This document shows positions 10,631 to 20,821 of a DNA stretch of 45,486 nucleotides, piece by piece. The stretch is taken from IMG/VR virus record IMGVR_UViG_2597489870_000005, one strand, 5' to 3'. The number at the start of each line of letters is the position of its first letter. The stretch's first letter is position 1. The notes beneath the pieces were generated by a model, which worked only from the letters and a program-made list of their open reading frames with translations, was not told where the DNA came from and searched no databases. Position numbers and translations under genes: made by a program. Source of the DNA: a virus (lineage: Duplodnaviria > Heunggongvirae > Uroviricota > Caudoviricetes).

Positions 10631-13600
10631 TTAACATTCCCCCATCACGTCGCATATTTAACAGATTGCCCTGCACCCGCTGATCAACCATCCCCATAAG
10701 TGCTTTTATTGCCTGAGGGCCAATCTCTCCATTCTGGCCGTCATTTTGAATAGTGATTTGGTATACAGGGGCATAGGTAATATCTCCGCCTCCATTACCA
10801 CTTTTACTATTAATAGCTCTGACACCAAGAGAACCATCGGAAGTTCGTGTTAATGGCATAATGGCTTCCGGTCCAGCCTCACCAAAAACACCAGCCCCTT
10901 TTGCAAAAGCAAAAAATTGCGGGGAATCATAAATACCGTTCGAATACGTGCTCAATGACGGAGACTCATAAACACCGCCCTTTGCATTCGGAATAAATTT
11001 ACTAATAGCACTCCCGATAGTTCCTAAAATCCCCCCAGAAGAACTGTTACTAATGCTGTCGAAAATCCCAGTAATTGAAGCCTTTAATGCTATTCGACTA
11101 AGATCCGAAATCACGGAAGTAGCGAAAGAACGAAAATTTGCCTTGCCTGTCGTGACAAAATCACCCAGCGCATCGGTCATCCCATCAAACATCTGAGTCG
11201 TGGTTGATTTTATCTGCTCACTGATATCCTTAGTGTCATCCAGCCAGTTATTGAATCCCTGGGAGGCACCACTAACCCAGTCTCCTGCCTGAATATCGAG
11301 CTGCTCGTTTTTCTGTCTGACAATTTCTTTTTCCCGTTCCAGAGCATCATTCAGAGCCTGCATTTTCTCTTGAAAAACATGATCTGACATTCCACGGGAT
11401 TTATCTGCATAGTCACGTTCAAGTTGCAGACGCTGATTGTTATATCCATGTTCAATCCGCAGTAATTCCTGCTGGCGTTGCTGATTTTTATCGCCAACCC
11501 CATAACCAGCAATCTGAATATCATACCCCTGCTGACGATTATCAATCGAAGCCTGCAATGAATCACGCCATGCTGTTATTTCGGCGGATTCCTTGATTAG
11601 CCTGTTATTCTTTTCAATCGCAACATTTTTCTCCATCAACGCGGTTATTTCTTCCCGGTGTAAGAGAAGCGATTTCTGATCCTGGGTTAATTTCGATGAT
11701 GGTCGTGACTCTAGGTCGGCAATCCGCTGACGCCACTTAACCAGTTCCTGTTCAGAGGAACTTAATTTAACGGTCAACTCAGCTTGTGAACTTAGTAACG
11801 CATTCTGTTGATTCAGATGATCAATCATTCGTTGGGCTGCATCATCAGAATAACCTTTCGCCTTTGGTTGCTTTGGATCTTTATAACGCTCATTTATTTG
11901 AGCGATAAGATTATTATATTCTTCCTTTGAATACTGATTCTTTAGCTTTTCCAGTTTTGCAAGTTCACTAGCTCTCTGCTGCTCCCGGGTCTGATATTGT
12001 TTTGAAAAGGCATCTGCTCTCTGTCTGAGTTCAATTCCTTCCTGTTGTCGCTTGTTGTAATCGTTTATTGATGAATTTAGTACGTCCTGAGCAATTTTTT
12101 CTGCTTGAAGTACGCCCAATTGCTGCTTTAATCGTGCCAGCCTTTTATTTTGAGCTCCGCCATCTCCAATGCCACCTAACCCGAAAACTCCGGGTCGGGT
12201 ATTTTTTTCTATTTCATCAATTTGACGGAGAACATCTGAGATTTTTTGATCAAGGGAGGTCTCACGGCCAATATCCAGCATGGAATCCCATGCCCATTTT
12301 GCGGAGTCTGCGACAGCTTTCCATGCAGTCTCAAGATAACCAAGATTTTCTTTAATCTGGTTGGTGCGCTGGATCATTGAGGATGAGTATTCTTCTGTCG
12401 CAATGCGGGCGGCCTCCTGCTGGTTCCCTTCATCCTGTAGCGCCTTAATCTGGTTATAAGTCGCAAGTGTCAGAAAATGGTACTGATCATTAAGTTTTGA
12501 TATGGCACTGACAGGATCCTTTGCAATTTCATTGAAGTCATTAACCAGTTGTTCGGTTGATATTCCTGTTACTTCGCTCGTTTTTACTATCGCTGTCGTC
12601 ACTTGCTCCAGCGAACTGCTCGCTACCTTTCCCGAACGCACAAGCTGATTTAATACTGCCGCCGCAGCACCAGTTGTCGAATCAGCCGCATTCCCGGCAC
12701 GTTGAGCTATATCGCCCAATTGCCCGCTGGTTGTCCCCAACTGATTTCCGGTAAGAATAAGAGATTTATTAAATTCGTCCTGCTCCTGAGAGCCTTTATA
12801 GTAAGCCAGTCCTAAGACCCCAACGGCTGCTGCGGCCAGGGTAAAAGGATTAATTAATCCCAGCACATAAGAACCTACACCTTTGATCGCCGGGCCAATC
12901 CCACCGAACATATCTTTTAGCTGGCCGCCCTGCTGCATTAACACCATAAATGGCGACTGACCAGTGGACAACCCAACAACAATATCCGTCATTTGTGCAG
13001 GCAACATGCGCATAGCAAAAGCCGTTTGTTTTGCCGACATTCCGGTTTTGCTTAATTGTGATTGAGTAACCTCAAGCTCACTCCGCATAGCACGAAGTTT
13101 TCCAGAAAGCTCCTCATACATTTCAGGAGAAAGCATCCCCTTAGCTTTTGCTTCATTGAGCTGTTTCTGTTGTTCTACCAGACGATTAAAAGCAGTTCCG
13201 ACAGGATCAAGTTGAGCAATCAGACGTTGCAAAGCAACAACCTGTTCATCATGCGCTTTTGCTGCTTCTCGCTCTGCCTGAGCCTCTCCGGTAAGCTCTC
13301 GCCGTGTTTCCTGTATTTTTCGGCTATAATTCTCAAACTGAGAACCATTTATTTTCCCGGATGCAAACGCAGCATTAAGTTCATCATGCTGTTGTTCAAG
13401 ATTTCTTAGCGCCGCAGCCAGAGGGTCGATCTTGTCCAGCATTCTTTGAAAGGCCTGAGCCTGCGCTTCCTGCTGGGCGGCAGCAAGTTTTCCGGCCTTC
13501 TCGGCTTCTCTCTGCGCTTGCGCAACCCCGCTCAATTCCTCTGTGGTTTCATTAAGTTTACGGACAAGAAATTCATATTCTTCTTTATCAATAAGCCCTT

Positions 13601-13856
13601 TATCGAAAAATTTCTTTAATTCAGAATAGCGTCGACCGACAGTATCAATTGCGGCACCAACTGGATCAATAGCTGCTTTTAATTTTGCGAGCGCGTTCTT
13701 CTCATCTTCTGTTGCCTTAGTCACTTTCCCTGCGCTATTTGCAGCAGTTTCCCCAGCCTGCGTCATTTTGACTAATGAGGAGGTCAGATTGTCAGCATTA
13801 TTTTTCGCTCCAGTGCTATCAATAATTATTGCGAGACGCGAGGTTTGCTCTGCCAT
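10623..13856 (-). CDS. H: Tail tape-measure protein (lambda H family)
   Basis: 1077-aa coiled-coil-rich ORF sharing [10 protein letters not shown] and QQGGQ.KD motifs with recalled lambda H. Confidence 0.85.
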
Positions 13857-13865
13857 TTATTAAAA

Positions 13866-13900
13866 CTCCTGACAACAAAAAACCCACCGCGAAGTGGGTT
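13866..13900 (-). terminator. Terminator-like hairpin immediately upstream of tape-measure start
   Basis: Stem aacccac/gtgggtt (13881-13887 / 13894-13900), loop cgcgaa, followed on minus strand by uuuuuguugu, then RBS aggag and the H ATG. Confidence 0.55.
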
Positions 13901-14021
13901 TCAGGCGACATAATAGTAGATATAGCGATTACGAGGCCACGCAATGCTTTTCTCCAGGAGCATCATCGATTTAATTAAAGACACCATCACATCTCTGTAA
14001 CAGAGTGTACGTAATTAACAA

Positions 14022-14342
14022 CTACACACACTGCTCCTGAAAATACTGGTCATCCAGTGCAAAGATCACTGCTTCAAATTCATCGCGCTCAATCAATACC
14101 GGATGAGTGGCTAAATATTCATTTATCTCTGTCAGAGATAAAGGCAAAGGCACCCCAGCCATTCCAGCATAACGTCGGGCACGGGATATTACCGAATAGG
14201 CGTACAACAACTCCTTAAGCACCGGGTCTATTTCTGGTTCCGGTATCGGTGGCAACCTGAGTTTTTCTCGCTTCCATCTTGCCTTTTCCCCCCTTTCTCC
14301 CCCGAACTCCGATAACCACCGCTGGGCAGCTATGGCTTTTTT
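14022..14342 (-). CDS. Tail assembly chaperone T-frame segment, expressed as G-T fusion by -1 frameshift
   Basis: Frame open without stop from the slippery site to 14022; the track ORF (TTG start at 14255) is the C-terminal part. Confidence 0.7.
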   Translation of the reverse strand, partial: KKAIAAQRWLSEFGGERGEKARWKREKLRLPPIPEPEIDPVLKELLYAYSVISRARRYAGMAGVPLPLSLTEINEYLATHPVLIERDEFEAVIFALDDQYFQEQCV

Positions 14343-14791
14343 ATCGTATCCTGCTTCTGCTGCTCTTTACCCTGGGCGATGCTGGCTGCTTCTGCAAGGA
14401 TCTGCCAGTACAACTCTGGATTCTGCTTAAGCAGCGCGATCCCTCGTTCTGCCGTATATTCCAGTGCAACCTCAACACCATTAACCAGTTCACCAACCCC
14501 TTTCCAGTCTTTCAGCAGATAACGAGCGGCATTATCAATGAGTAAATCATCAACAGAATCCACCTCGGAAACCTTTGAAATATCAAACTCCTTCGTTCCG
14601 ACGTGCAAACTGGCATCCATTTTCTCAATGTGGCGACGGATTAATGCATTACGGGAGCGATACTGATCGTTATCGCTGCTTGCCACCAACAGTTTTAACC
14701 CGTCTACAGGTTTTAAGTCCTTCATTGGCGTAAACCAGCGTTCTCCACCAATGATAATTTTCTGATTAAGAATAAACATCCATAACCTCAT
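14330..14791 (-). CDS. Tail assembly chaperone (G-like)
   Basis: 153-aa ORF between tail tube gene and tape measure; ends ...DTIKKP with slippery site. Confidence 0.7.
   Translation of the reverse strand: MRLWMFILNQKIIIGGERWFTPMKDLKPVDGLKLLVASSDNDQYRSRNALIRRHIEKMDASLHVGTKEFDISKVSEVDSVDDLLIDNAARYLLKDWKGVGELVNGVEVALEYTAERGIALLKQNPELYWQILAEAASIAQGKEQQKQDTIKKP
14336..14342 (-). other. Programmed -1 frameshift slippery heptamer A_AAA_AAG (G/T recoding)
   Basis: Minus-strand A AAA AAG in the G frame, two codons before the G stop; -1 frame runs directly into the T ORF. Confidence 0.7.
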
Positions 14792-14871
14792 TCAATGCGT
14801 CCCTCTGTAGGGCAGTACCACAGGAGGAATAACGGAAAATCAACTAATCGCCTCAGCACTGGCTTTTGCGA

Positions 14872-15801
14872 TCACGGCAGCCGGGGAATTTTTTTTCTGG
14901 TTATCGTAGGTGCTTCATCTGCTGCGGTAATGCTCAATTGAACCTGGATAATGTCGCTATTACCCCCATCAGGCCATTCACCTGACACCTGAACCTTCGG
15001 GAAACTGAAAGTGTATGTCCCCTCTCCATTCGAAAGCGTGAAGCTGAACGGAACTGTTTCTCCAGTCAGTGTTTTACTCCAGATTTCCCACGCGGCTTTA
15101 GACCATGAAAGCGTCACCGTACCGGACGGTGTAAAAGTAGTCGGAATATTTGCTCCTGCATAAGGCGAGCCAGTCCCGATACAACGCTGTGTCTGGAGTT
15201 TGTTATCGAACTGAATATCAAAACTGTCGATACAAAAACCGTTACCTCCGGCAACACCATTCAGGCTTACTGCTGAAACCTCCTTAAACGAATAACGTAG
15301 CTTTCCTGCACTATCCACAGGTTCGCCTTTGATAAAATTCGTATCATCGGCCTTTGATTCCCAGTCCAGTCCGGCAAAGGTTACGGTCGCTGTAATATCG
15401 CCGTCGTTAGGGATCTGCATTTTCCATGAGCCAACCTGCGCTCCTCTGACGACAGAGGCAATTCCGACATCGGACGCATAGGTCGCCAGAGAAAATGTTA
15501 TTCGCTCATTCCCCATTGTCAGAGAATCGCCTGACCATTCCGCGCCGAAACAGGATGCAAGAAAATCATCATGTTGACCCCAGCGAAATTTGGTACCAAC
15601 ATCACCGCCGACATCCACAGTGCCAGGCGTCGCCCCCTGAGCCATCCGGGAGCCACCAATCTCATTATTTTCGCCTTTATTCTGGGTGGGTTTTACTCCC
15701 CAGCTTGTGCGTTTTAATAAACTCCAGTCACCACTTGCTGGCGTAGTGCCTGCAACCGTCTCCCGGATAAATGCCGAGATAACCTTTGCACCTGAACTCA
15801 C
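14872..15801 (-). CDS. Major tail tube protein (not lambda V type)
   Basis: 309-aa ORF immediately upstream of the G/T chaperones; position-based call. Confidence 0.6.
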   Translation of the reverse strand: MSSGAKVISAFIRETVAGTTPASGDWSLLKRTSWGVKPTQNKGENNEIGGSRMAQGATPGTVDVGGDVGTKFRWGQHDDFLASCFGAEWSGDSLTMGNERITFSLATYASDVGIASVVRGAQVGSWKMQIPNDGDITATVTFAGLDWESKADDTNFIKGEPVDSAGKLRYSFKEVSAVSLNGVAGGNGFCIDSFDIQFDNKLQTQRCIGTGSPYAGANIPTTFTPSGTVTLSWSKAAWEIWSKTLTGETVPFSFTLSNGEGTYTFSFPKVQVSGEWPDGGNSDIIQVQLSITAADEAPTITRKKIPRLP

Positions 15802-15827
15802 AGGAGCCTCCTATGTCATTAATTGCG

Positions 15828-16220
15828 CTAGAGCGCGCGATATGGAATTTGAAGATTAAGCTGGAACCAGCCATTCTTTTCGCCAACGGCTATTGAGGAA
15901 ACAGCCTGGTAACTGAGACGATCGTCATCCTGAAACTCAAACAGTTCCCGCAATTTATCGGCTGTCTCAGTAATGAGTTTTGAACCAGAACCTGCGGGGA
16001 CAAATAACTGAATAATGATTATCCCCGTGCGATAAACAATCGGCCCCGCGCCAATTTCATTAACTCCAGCCTGCCCGGGAATATTACTTAACCGCGCCCA
16101 GATTAACTTACCGGAAGGATCGAACGTTGGCGCGTTCGGATACAATACGTCTTTTCCATCAATAATCGTCTGTGCCGTCATTCTGGAAATAACCGTATTT
16201 CTGATTTCAGTAAACGTCAT
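15828..16220 (-). CDS. Tail terminator-like protein
   Basis: 130-aa ORF immediately upstream of tail tube gene; position-based. Confidence 0.5.
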   Translation of the reverse strand: MTFTEIRNTVISRMTAQTIIDGKDVLYPNAPTFDPSGKLIWARLSNIPGQAGVNEIGAGPIVYRTGIIIIQLFVPAGSGSKLITETADKLRELFEFQDDDRLSYQAVSSIAVGEKNGWFQLNLQIPYRAL

Positions 16221-16597
16221 TTGTAAGCCTGTAAAACACCATGAAAAGCGTTGGCATACACGCCAGTTGGCGCTTGTTGTGAATGACCGTTTTCAAGAGC
16301 CTCTGCATAAGGAAGGTTATTCTGGATATAAATAACTCCGTAATTTGCAGCTTTCGAAATAACCCCGATCCCACGCTGAACAGCAATCGTACCGTTCGGA
16401 TCCACGTTATCAGATATACCAAAATCGGGATGCTGTAACGACACCAGGTTGTTATTTCTGAAACGTCCGGTATCAACCGGAGCAGCAATATCAATAGCAG
16501 TAAGAATCTGAATAGCGATGTAGCGAATCTTCAGCCCTACATCTTCCTCAATCATCCCGGCAAATATTGACGGTTCTATATCCCATGCCTTTGCCAT
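16217..16597 (-). CDS. Tail completion / neck protein
   Basis: 126-aa ORF in head-tail joining cluster, 4-nt overlap with next gene. Confidence 0.45.
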   Translation of the reverse strand: MAKAWDIEPSIFAGMIEEDVGLKIRYIAIQILTAIDIAAPVDTGRFRNNNLVSLQHPDFGISDNVDPNGTIAVQRGIGVISKAANYGVIYIQNNLPYAEALENGHSQQAPTGVYANAFHGVLQAYK

Positions 16598-16981
16598 TTA
16601 CGCTCTCCTTAACTGGATAGAGTAAACTGATGCGGAAGGATCTACACTTGCTGTAATTACCTCGTATCGTTGTAACTGCCTTGATACAGGATCATAAATC
16701 TCAATAATATGGTCGACAGCTGGTTTATCCGTAACCTCGCATACCAGAGCGGTTAATTTAAGGTCACCATGCAAAATATTAATCCCATCAATTCTGCCCA
16801 GCTTATAACGTGTCAACACGCCTCGCCCGGTATAGATTGCGGTGGATTCGCCGCCAGTTTCCGTCACAGGATCCCAGTGCCGGTGCGTAACGTAAGAACC
16901 AGAAAAATCACTCACGGCGTCCGCTAAATCCTCATCAAAAGCAGCGGCAACCTCTGACTGAATCTCTTCACGAAGCCCCAT
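16598..16981 (-). CDS. Head closure protein
   Basis: 127-aa ORF in head-tail joining cluster; position-based. Confidence 0.45.
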   Translation of the reverse strand: MGLREEIQSEVAAAFDEDLADAVSDFSGSYVTHRHWDPVTETGGESTAIYTGRGVLTRYKLGRIDGINILHGDLKLTALVCEVTDKPAVDHIIEIYDPVSRQLQRYEVITASVDPSASVYSIQLRRA

Positions 16982-17376
16982 TATCCCCCCCTCACAACCC
17001 TGACTTGTGAGCGACTAAGTCCGTACGGTTTCAGCAGTGCTATCGCAAGCTGTAAATCGGGTTCAAGCAATGCAGTGCTGTTTGCTGGCAACTCAGAAAA
17101 TGATTTCGATACACTGACCCCGTCAGCCGACACGGCTTTACTGATAACAACGCCAGAATCATTTTTCTGCTGAAACAACTTACCGAATGAGGCAATTCTG
17201 GCTGCATATGCTCCCGCAAGTTTTACCTCTTCCGGAATACGGGATGGGTTAATTTTCAGGTTGAAGCCATTAAGCCAGGCATTAGCCATTAAAACAGCTT
17301 TATTTTTAGCGTTCTCACTCGTCCAGGCGTTCCCAAACGCATTATCAACGTCATCACAGGTCACGTAAGTGATCAT
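16981..17376 (-). CDS. Head-tail adaptor protein
   Basis: 131-aa ORF downstream of major capsid gene; position-based. Confidence 0.45.
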   Translation of the reverse strand: MITYVTCDDVDNAFGNAWTSENAKNKAVLMANAWLNGFNLKINPSRIPEEVKLAGAYAARIASFGKLFQQKNDSGVVISKAVSADGVSVSKSFSELPANSTALLEPDLQLAIALLKPYGLSRSQVRVVRGG

Positions 17377-17379
17377 GTG

Positions 17380-17556
17380 TTACTCCTGAGTTTTCCAGCC
17401 CATAGCCTTCCAGTTGTCAACTTCATCAGGATGAACATTAGCGATAGTTGGTGCGCCGGGAAACATCTGATAATCGGTCACCATAACCACTAACTCAATT
17501 TGCGTTTTTTGTGCGGCTTCACGCTGTGCTCTTTGCTCTTTAGTTAATCCGGCCAT
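17380..17556 (-). CDS. Small hypothetical protein (58 aa) between capsid and adaptor genes
   Basis: ATG at 17556 preceded by G-rich SD; MAGLTKEQRAQREAAQKTQ...; below track size cutoff. Confidence 0.3.
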   Translation of the reverse strand: MAGLTKEQRAQREAAQKTQIELVVMVTDYQMFPGAPTIANVHPDEVDNWKAMGWKTQE

Positions 17557-17562
17557 ATGCCC

Positions 17563-17592
17563 CCCATTAAAAACGGGGCCGAAGCCCCGTTT
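17563..17592 (-). terminator. Rho-independent terminator after major capsid gene
   Basis: Perfect 9-bp stem aaacggggc/gccccgttt with loop cgaa, U-tract on minus strand; 7 nt after capsid stop. Confidence 0.75.
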
Positions 17593-17598
17593 GAATGT

Positions 17599-18738
17599 TT
17601 AACCAAGAATCAGACAACCATGTGCCGGCTTCACTGATGAAACACCCCATGCCAGTCCAACTTCATAGCGCACCTGGCGATACTGACGATACAGTGCAAT
17701 CTGGAACGTAATCCCTGAAATCGGGTCCGTAACATTCATTACATCATCAGCATTATCGCCACCTTCCGGCATTGCCGGAGTACGGGATGCCAGCAGAAAC
17801 GCGTTGCGATCAAACGCCATATTTGCCGTAAAGGCCCCAACAACTGTGATGGCAGTATCATCGGCCAGATCCTGACGCAGTCCGGGCGCTGCAAGAGTAA
17901 TCAGATTGCTGGTCGCTGCTGCCACAACATACTGATTCGGATCACCAGCGAACGTAACAATCTGACCTGCAGAAATACTCCCCGAACCAGTATCAATGGA
18001 AATAAGAACATCGCCTTCTTTTTTCTCTCCATTCACGAGATAACCAGTTGCAGCAACCTTTGGCGCTCGTTTCACACCTGCCGAACTGTGAATATTGAAT
18101 CCCTCCAGACGCCCCAACACGCCCTCACGCAGTAGCTGTTCAGTGCCGGATTCATTCACTTTAAACAATACAGACTGTTTTCCGCGCAAATTAGCAATGG
18201 CAGTGGAGCCAAGCACCATCTGCAGATCGGTTGTCGGTGCGCCGTTATCCTCCAGAACCTGACGAGCCAGAGCAGCATCAGAAAGATCATCTTTAACACC
18301 AAACGGCGTTGTCCCTGCGGTTCCCACGGCGCGGGAAGCACCGAAATACAACGCACCAAGATCAGCCTCAACCTCGTTTGCAAGGGCGCGAAAAGCCTGC
18401 TTGAACTGATCAGCCAGAATGGTGTTGTAAGTCCCTGAAGGGCCAAGAGCCAGTTGTTCTTCACCATTCCATTTAACCGGTGCCATTTTGGATTTAGTAA
18501 TTTTTACATCAACAGTGCCAATATTTTGATCACCGGTATTCGGAGCTGACGGCCCCGGTACGATATCTTCGGTTTTCGCCTCAGGCGCAACTGGCGCGGT
18601 TACCGTCTGATCTTTTGCTGCGGCGTCAGCTTTTGCGTTTTTTGCTACCGCAGGGATAAAACCTACCTGCTCACGGGATACAACATCCAGGGCGGTATAA
18701 ATAGTCGGGATCAACCCGGTCAGGGTATTTCCAGCCAT
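17599..18738 (-). CDS. Major capsid protein
   Basis: 379 aa from ATG at 18738 (MAGNTLTGL...) with aagga SD; track N-terminal extension judged spurious; follows scaffold gene and precedes strong terminator. Confidence 0.6.
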   Translation of the reverse strand: MAGNTLTGLIPTIYTALDVVSREQVGFIPAVAKNAKADAAAKDQTVTAPVAPEAKTEDIVPGPSAPNTGDQNIGTVDVKITKSKMAPVKWNGEEQLALGPSGTYNTILADQFKQAFRALANEVEADLGALYFGASRAVGTAGTTPFGVKDDLSDAALARQVLEDNGAPTTDLQMVLGSTAIANLRGKQSVLFKVNESGTEQLLREGVLGRLEGFNIHSSAGVKRAPKVAATGYLVNGEKKEGDVLISIDTGSGSISAGQIVTFAGDPNQYVVAAATSNLITLAAPGLRQDLADDTAITVVGAFTANMAFDRNAFLLASRTPAMPEGGDNADDVMNVTDPISGITFQIALYRQYRQVRYEVGLAWGVSSVKPAHGCLILG

Positions 18739-18836
18739 AATTAAATATTCCTTAAAAATTTGCGTAATTGTGAATAGATGGAGTAATGAGCTATCCAGCC
18801 CTGACACCAGCTCCCATCCGGAAGCTGACAAATGTG

Positions 18837-19601
18837 TTAATCAACGATTGTGATACCGTCTTTCAATGCGTTTTGCTTACCTGCAACATCCAGTGCATCA
18901 AAAGCAGAGCGTTTCATCGTTTTCTGACCAATATCATGCTGTGTCGGACGGGAGCCGCCGCCATTGTTGCCACTGGCTTTCAGGATGTAGTCTTTCTGAG
19001 GGTAATTTTCGACAAGGAACTCCAGCGCCTCATCAAACTGCGCCAGTTCGCCAGGCTTCGCGCGGGAATAAATTTTGTTGCCGGAAGCGTCATAAGCAAC
19101 GATCCTCCCTTCTTCCACTTTGAATGCCTGTCCGAAGCGGGCTTGTAATAAATCTGCCGGGATCGCAATTTTATCGGCAATATATTTTGAACCCGCAAAA
19201 CTACCGCCAATCATAGAATCGTAAAGCTGCTTCTCCAGCATCTGAGAGCGTTGCTTTTCTTCATCTAATTGCTGCTGAAAATTTTTCGTAATTTCTGCCT
19301 TAACCTGGTCAACCTGTCCCGCATCGAGCAGCTTTTTCTGGTCGATTTTTGACAGCATTTCCAGTGCCTCGATCGCCTTCTTCGGGTCTTCGATAGCGGC
19401 AAACTTAGCCAGTTTTTCCTCTGCAGCTTCTTTAGCCAGGCGATGATTTTTTGCCTCGCCATTAAGCTCTGTAATTTTTTTTGTCGCCAGCGGTGCATCG
19501 AAGCCAATTTCTTTACCATCGTCGTGCACATAAACTGGCAGGCCAGCAGTATCAATTTCTGCGTATTGTTTTCCGTTAATCTCGACCGTTTTCAGTTTCA
19601 T
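18837..19601 (-). CDS. Scaffold-like protein (coiled-coil, Lys/Glu-rich)
   Basis: 254 aa from ATG at 19601 (MKLKTVEING...); track extension starts at a GTG inside the upstream terminator. Confidence 0.45.
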   Translation of the reverse strand: MKLKTVEINGKQYAEIDTAGLPVYVHDDGKEIGFDAPLATKKITELNGEAKNHRLAKEAAEEKLAKFAAIEDPKKAIEALEMLSKIDQKKLLDAGQVDQVKAEITKNFQQQLDEEKQRSQMLEKQLYDSMIGGSFAGSKYIADKIAIPADLLQARFGQAFKVEEGRIVAYDASGNKIYSRAKPGELAQFDEALEFLVENYPQKDYILKASGNNGGGSRPTQHDIGQKTMKRSAFDALDVAGKQNALKDGITIVD

Positions 19602-19661
19602 ATTAGTACCTGGTTTAAGTCTTCCGACAGTTACGCTGCTCACCATCCGGATCGCAGCAAT

Positions 19662-19686
19662 AAAAAAGGCCACCCGAAGGTAGCCT
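19662..19686 (-). terminator. Rho-independent terminator between head morphogenesis and scaffold genes
   Basis: Stem ggctacc/ggtggcc (one G-U) with loop uucg, then U6 on minus strand. Confidence 0.6.
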
Positions 19687-19705
19687 GTTGTAATAAATGA
19701 TTTAT

Positions 19706-20821
19706 TTAAATCCCTGCTTTTCTGAATACCTGTGCATCACGCTCACGGAGTTGCTTCAGCGTCAGCCATTCGCCTTTATCGGTGTAAAATTCATCTGGCG
19801 ACATACCGCCATCCCGAATCAGCTTTGCCCGGGTTTCCCCCACAATCTGTTTTTGTCTGGTGTAAGGCTGACGCAAAAACCATTCCCTGTAGGTTGTATC
19901 TCCGGCCACCACGCCATCCATGCTGGCCCGCTCAGCCGGGGAAATATCACGAACATCAATACCCAGTTCCTTCGCTGATTTCAGAATGAACGTTTCCGTT
20001 GAGCGGCAGCAGAAATGAATTTTTCCCGGCCCATGCAAATAAGGCACACTGTGACCTACAGGTTTATTATCCAGCGTATATTTGAGGCGATCCCTGATTC
20101 GACATTGTGGCGTAGTACGATTATCAAGCGTTGATAACCATTGCTTACCCTTAATCAAATCATTATTCGCGCTGGCAAAACTCTCACGGGCAGTAGCAGC
20201 AAGATGTCCAACCGCTGTTTTTGCAATGCTGGCCGCATTAGCCCGGCTCATCTGCAATGCACCATCCTGAAATCCCTTGCTGACATGTCCCCGAATTTTT
20301 CTTGCGATCTGCTCATTGGTATCCCCCAGCAAAAAACCCTGACGCACCGTATTTGTTATGCGTCTGAGCCGATCCGCCTCAAGATCCAAGGCCCACTCAC
20401 TGAGCAGTCGTCCCTGGAATGGTCGCGCCATTGCAGCGGCGTAAAGTGCATCAGAAGATATACCAACCAGAGGGTGAACATCAGCAACAAAATCAGGTAG
20501 CAGAGAATCAAACAGACTTAACTGATAACCAGCCTCATAAATTGCCAGCTCGTTCAGCTCTCCGGAGAGACTGGTAAACATGCTGTTAATAGCAGCGCGG
20601 TTAACCTCTCTGACACTCGCCAGAAGTGACTCCAGGCGCGTAACGGTAAAACTACCAGGATCGAGGCTGTCCAGTGCTACCAGCAGGCGAGCTGTAAGCT
20701 CCGCATCGCTGTCATTCAGTATTTTCACCATTCTGGCAGCCACACCAGTGCTATAGCGGGATATCCAGACTGCATGAGCAATTGATTCATCACGCAGCCG
20801 TTCATTCACGGTTTGCATCAT
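19706..20821 (-). CDS. Head morphogenesis protein (minor head protein)
   Basis: 371-aa ORF directly downstream of portal with overlapping start; family call from position and general resemblance. Confidence 0.5.
   Translation of the reverse strand: MMQTVNERLRDESIAHAVWISRYSTGVAARMVKILNDSDAELTARLLVALDSLDPGSFTVTRLESLLASVREVNRAAINSMFTSLSGELNELAIYEAGYQLSLFDSLLPDFVADVHPLVGISSDALYAAAMARPFQGRLLSEWALDLEADRLRRITNTVRQGFLLGDTNEQIARKIRGHVSKGFQDGALQMSRANAASIAKTAVGHLAATARESFASANNDLIKGKQWLSTLDNRTTPQCRIRDRLKYTLDNKPVGHSVPYLHGPGKIHFCCRSTETFILKSAKELGIDVRDISPAERASMDGVVAGDTTYREWFLRQPYTRQKQIVGETRAKLIRDGGMSPDEFYTDKGEWLTLKQLRERDAQVFRKAGI

Noticed and set aside
3983-19673. N-terminal extensions in the ORF track using GTG/TTG or upstream ATG (stf to 3989, capsid to 18831, scaffold to 19673, Q to 31658, trkG to 28107, porin from 29913)
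   Set aside because: Downstream ATGs with better SD sequences or matches to recalled homologue N-termini were preferred; the scaffold extension would begin inside a terminator hairpin.
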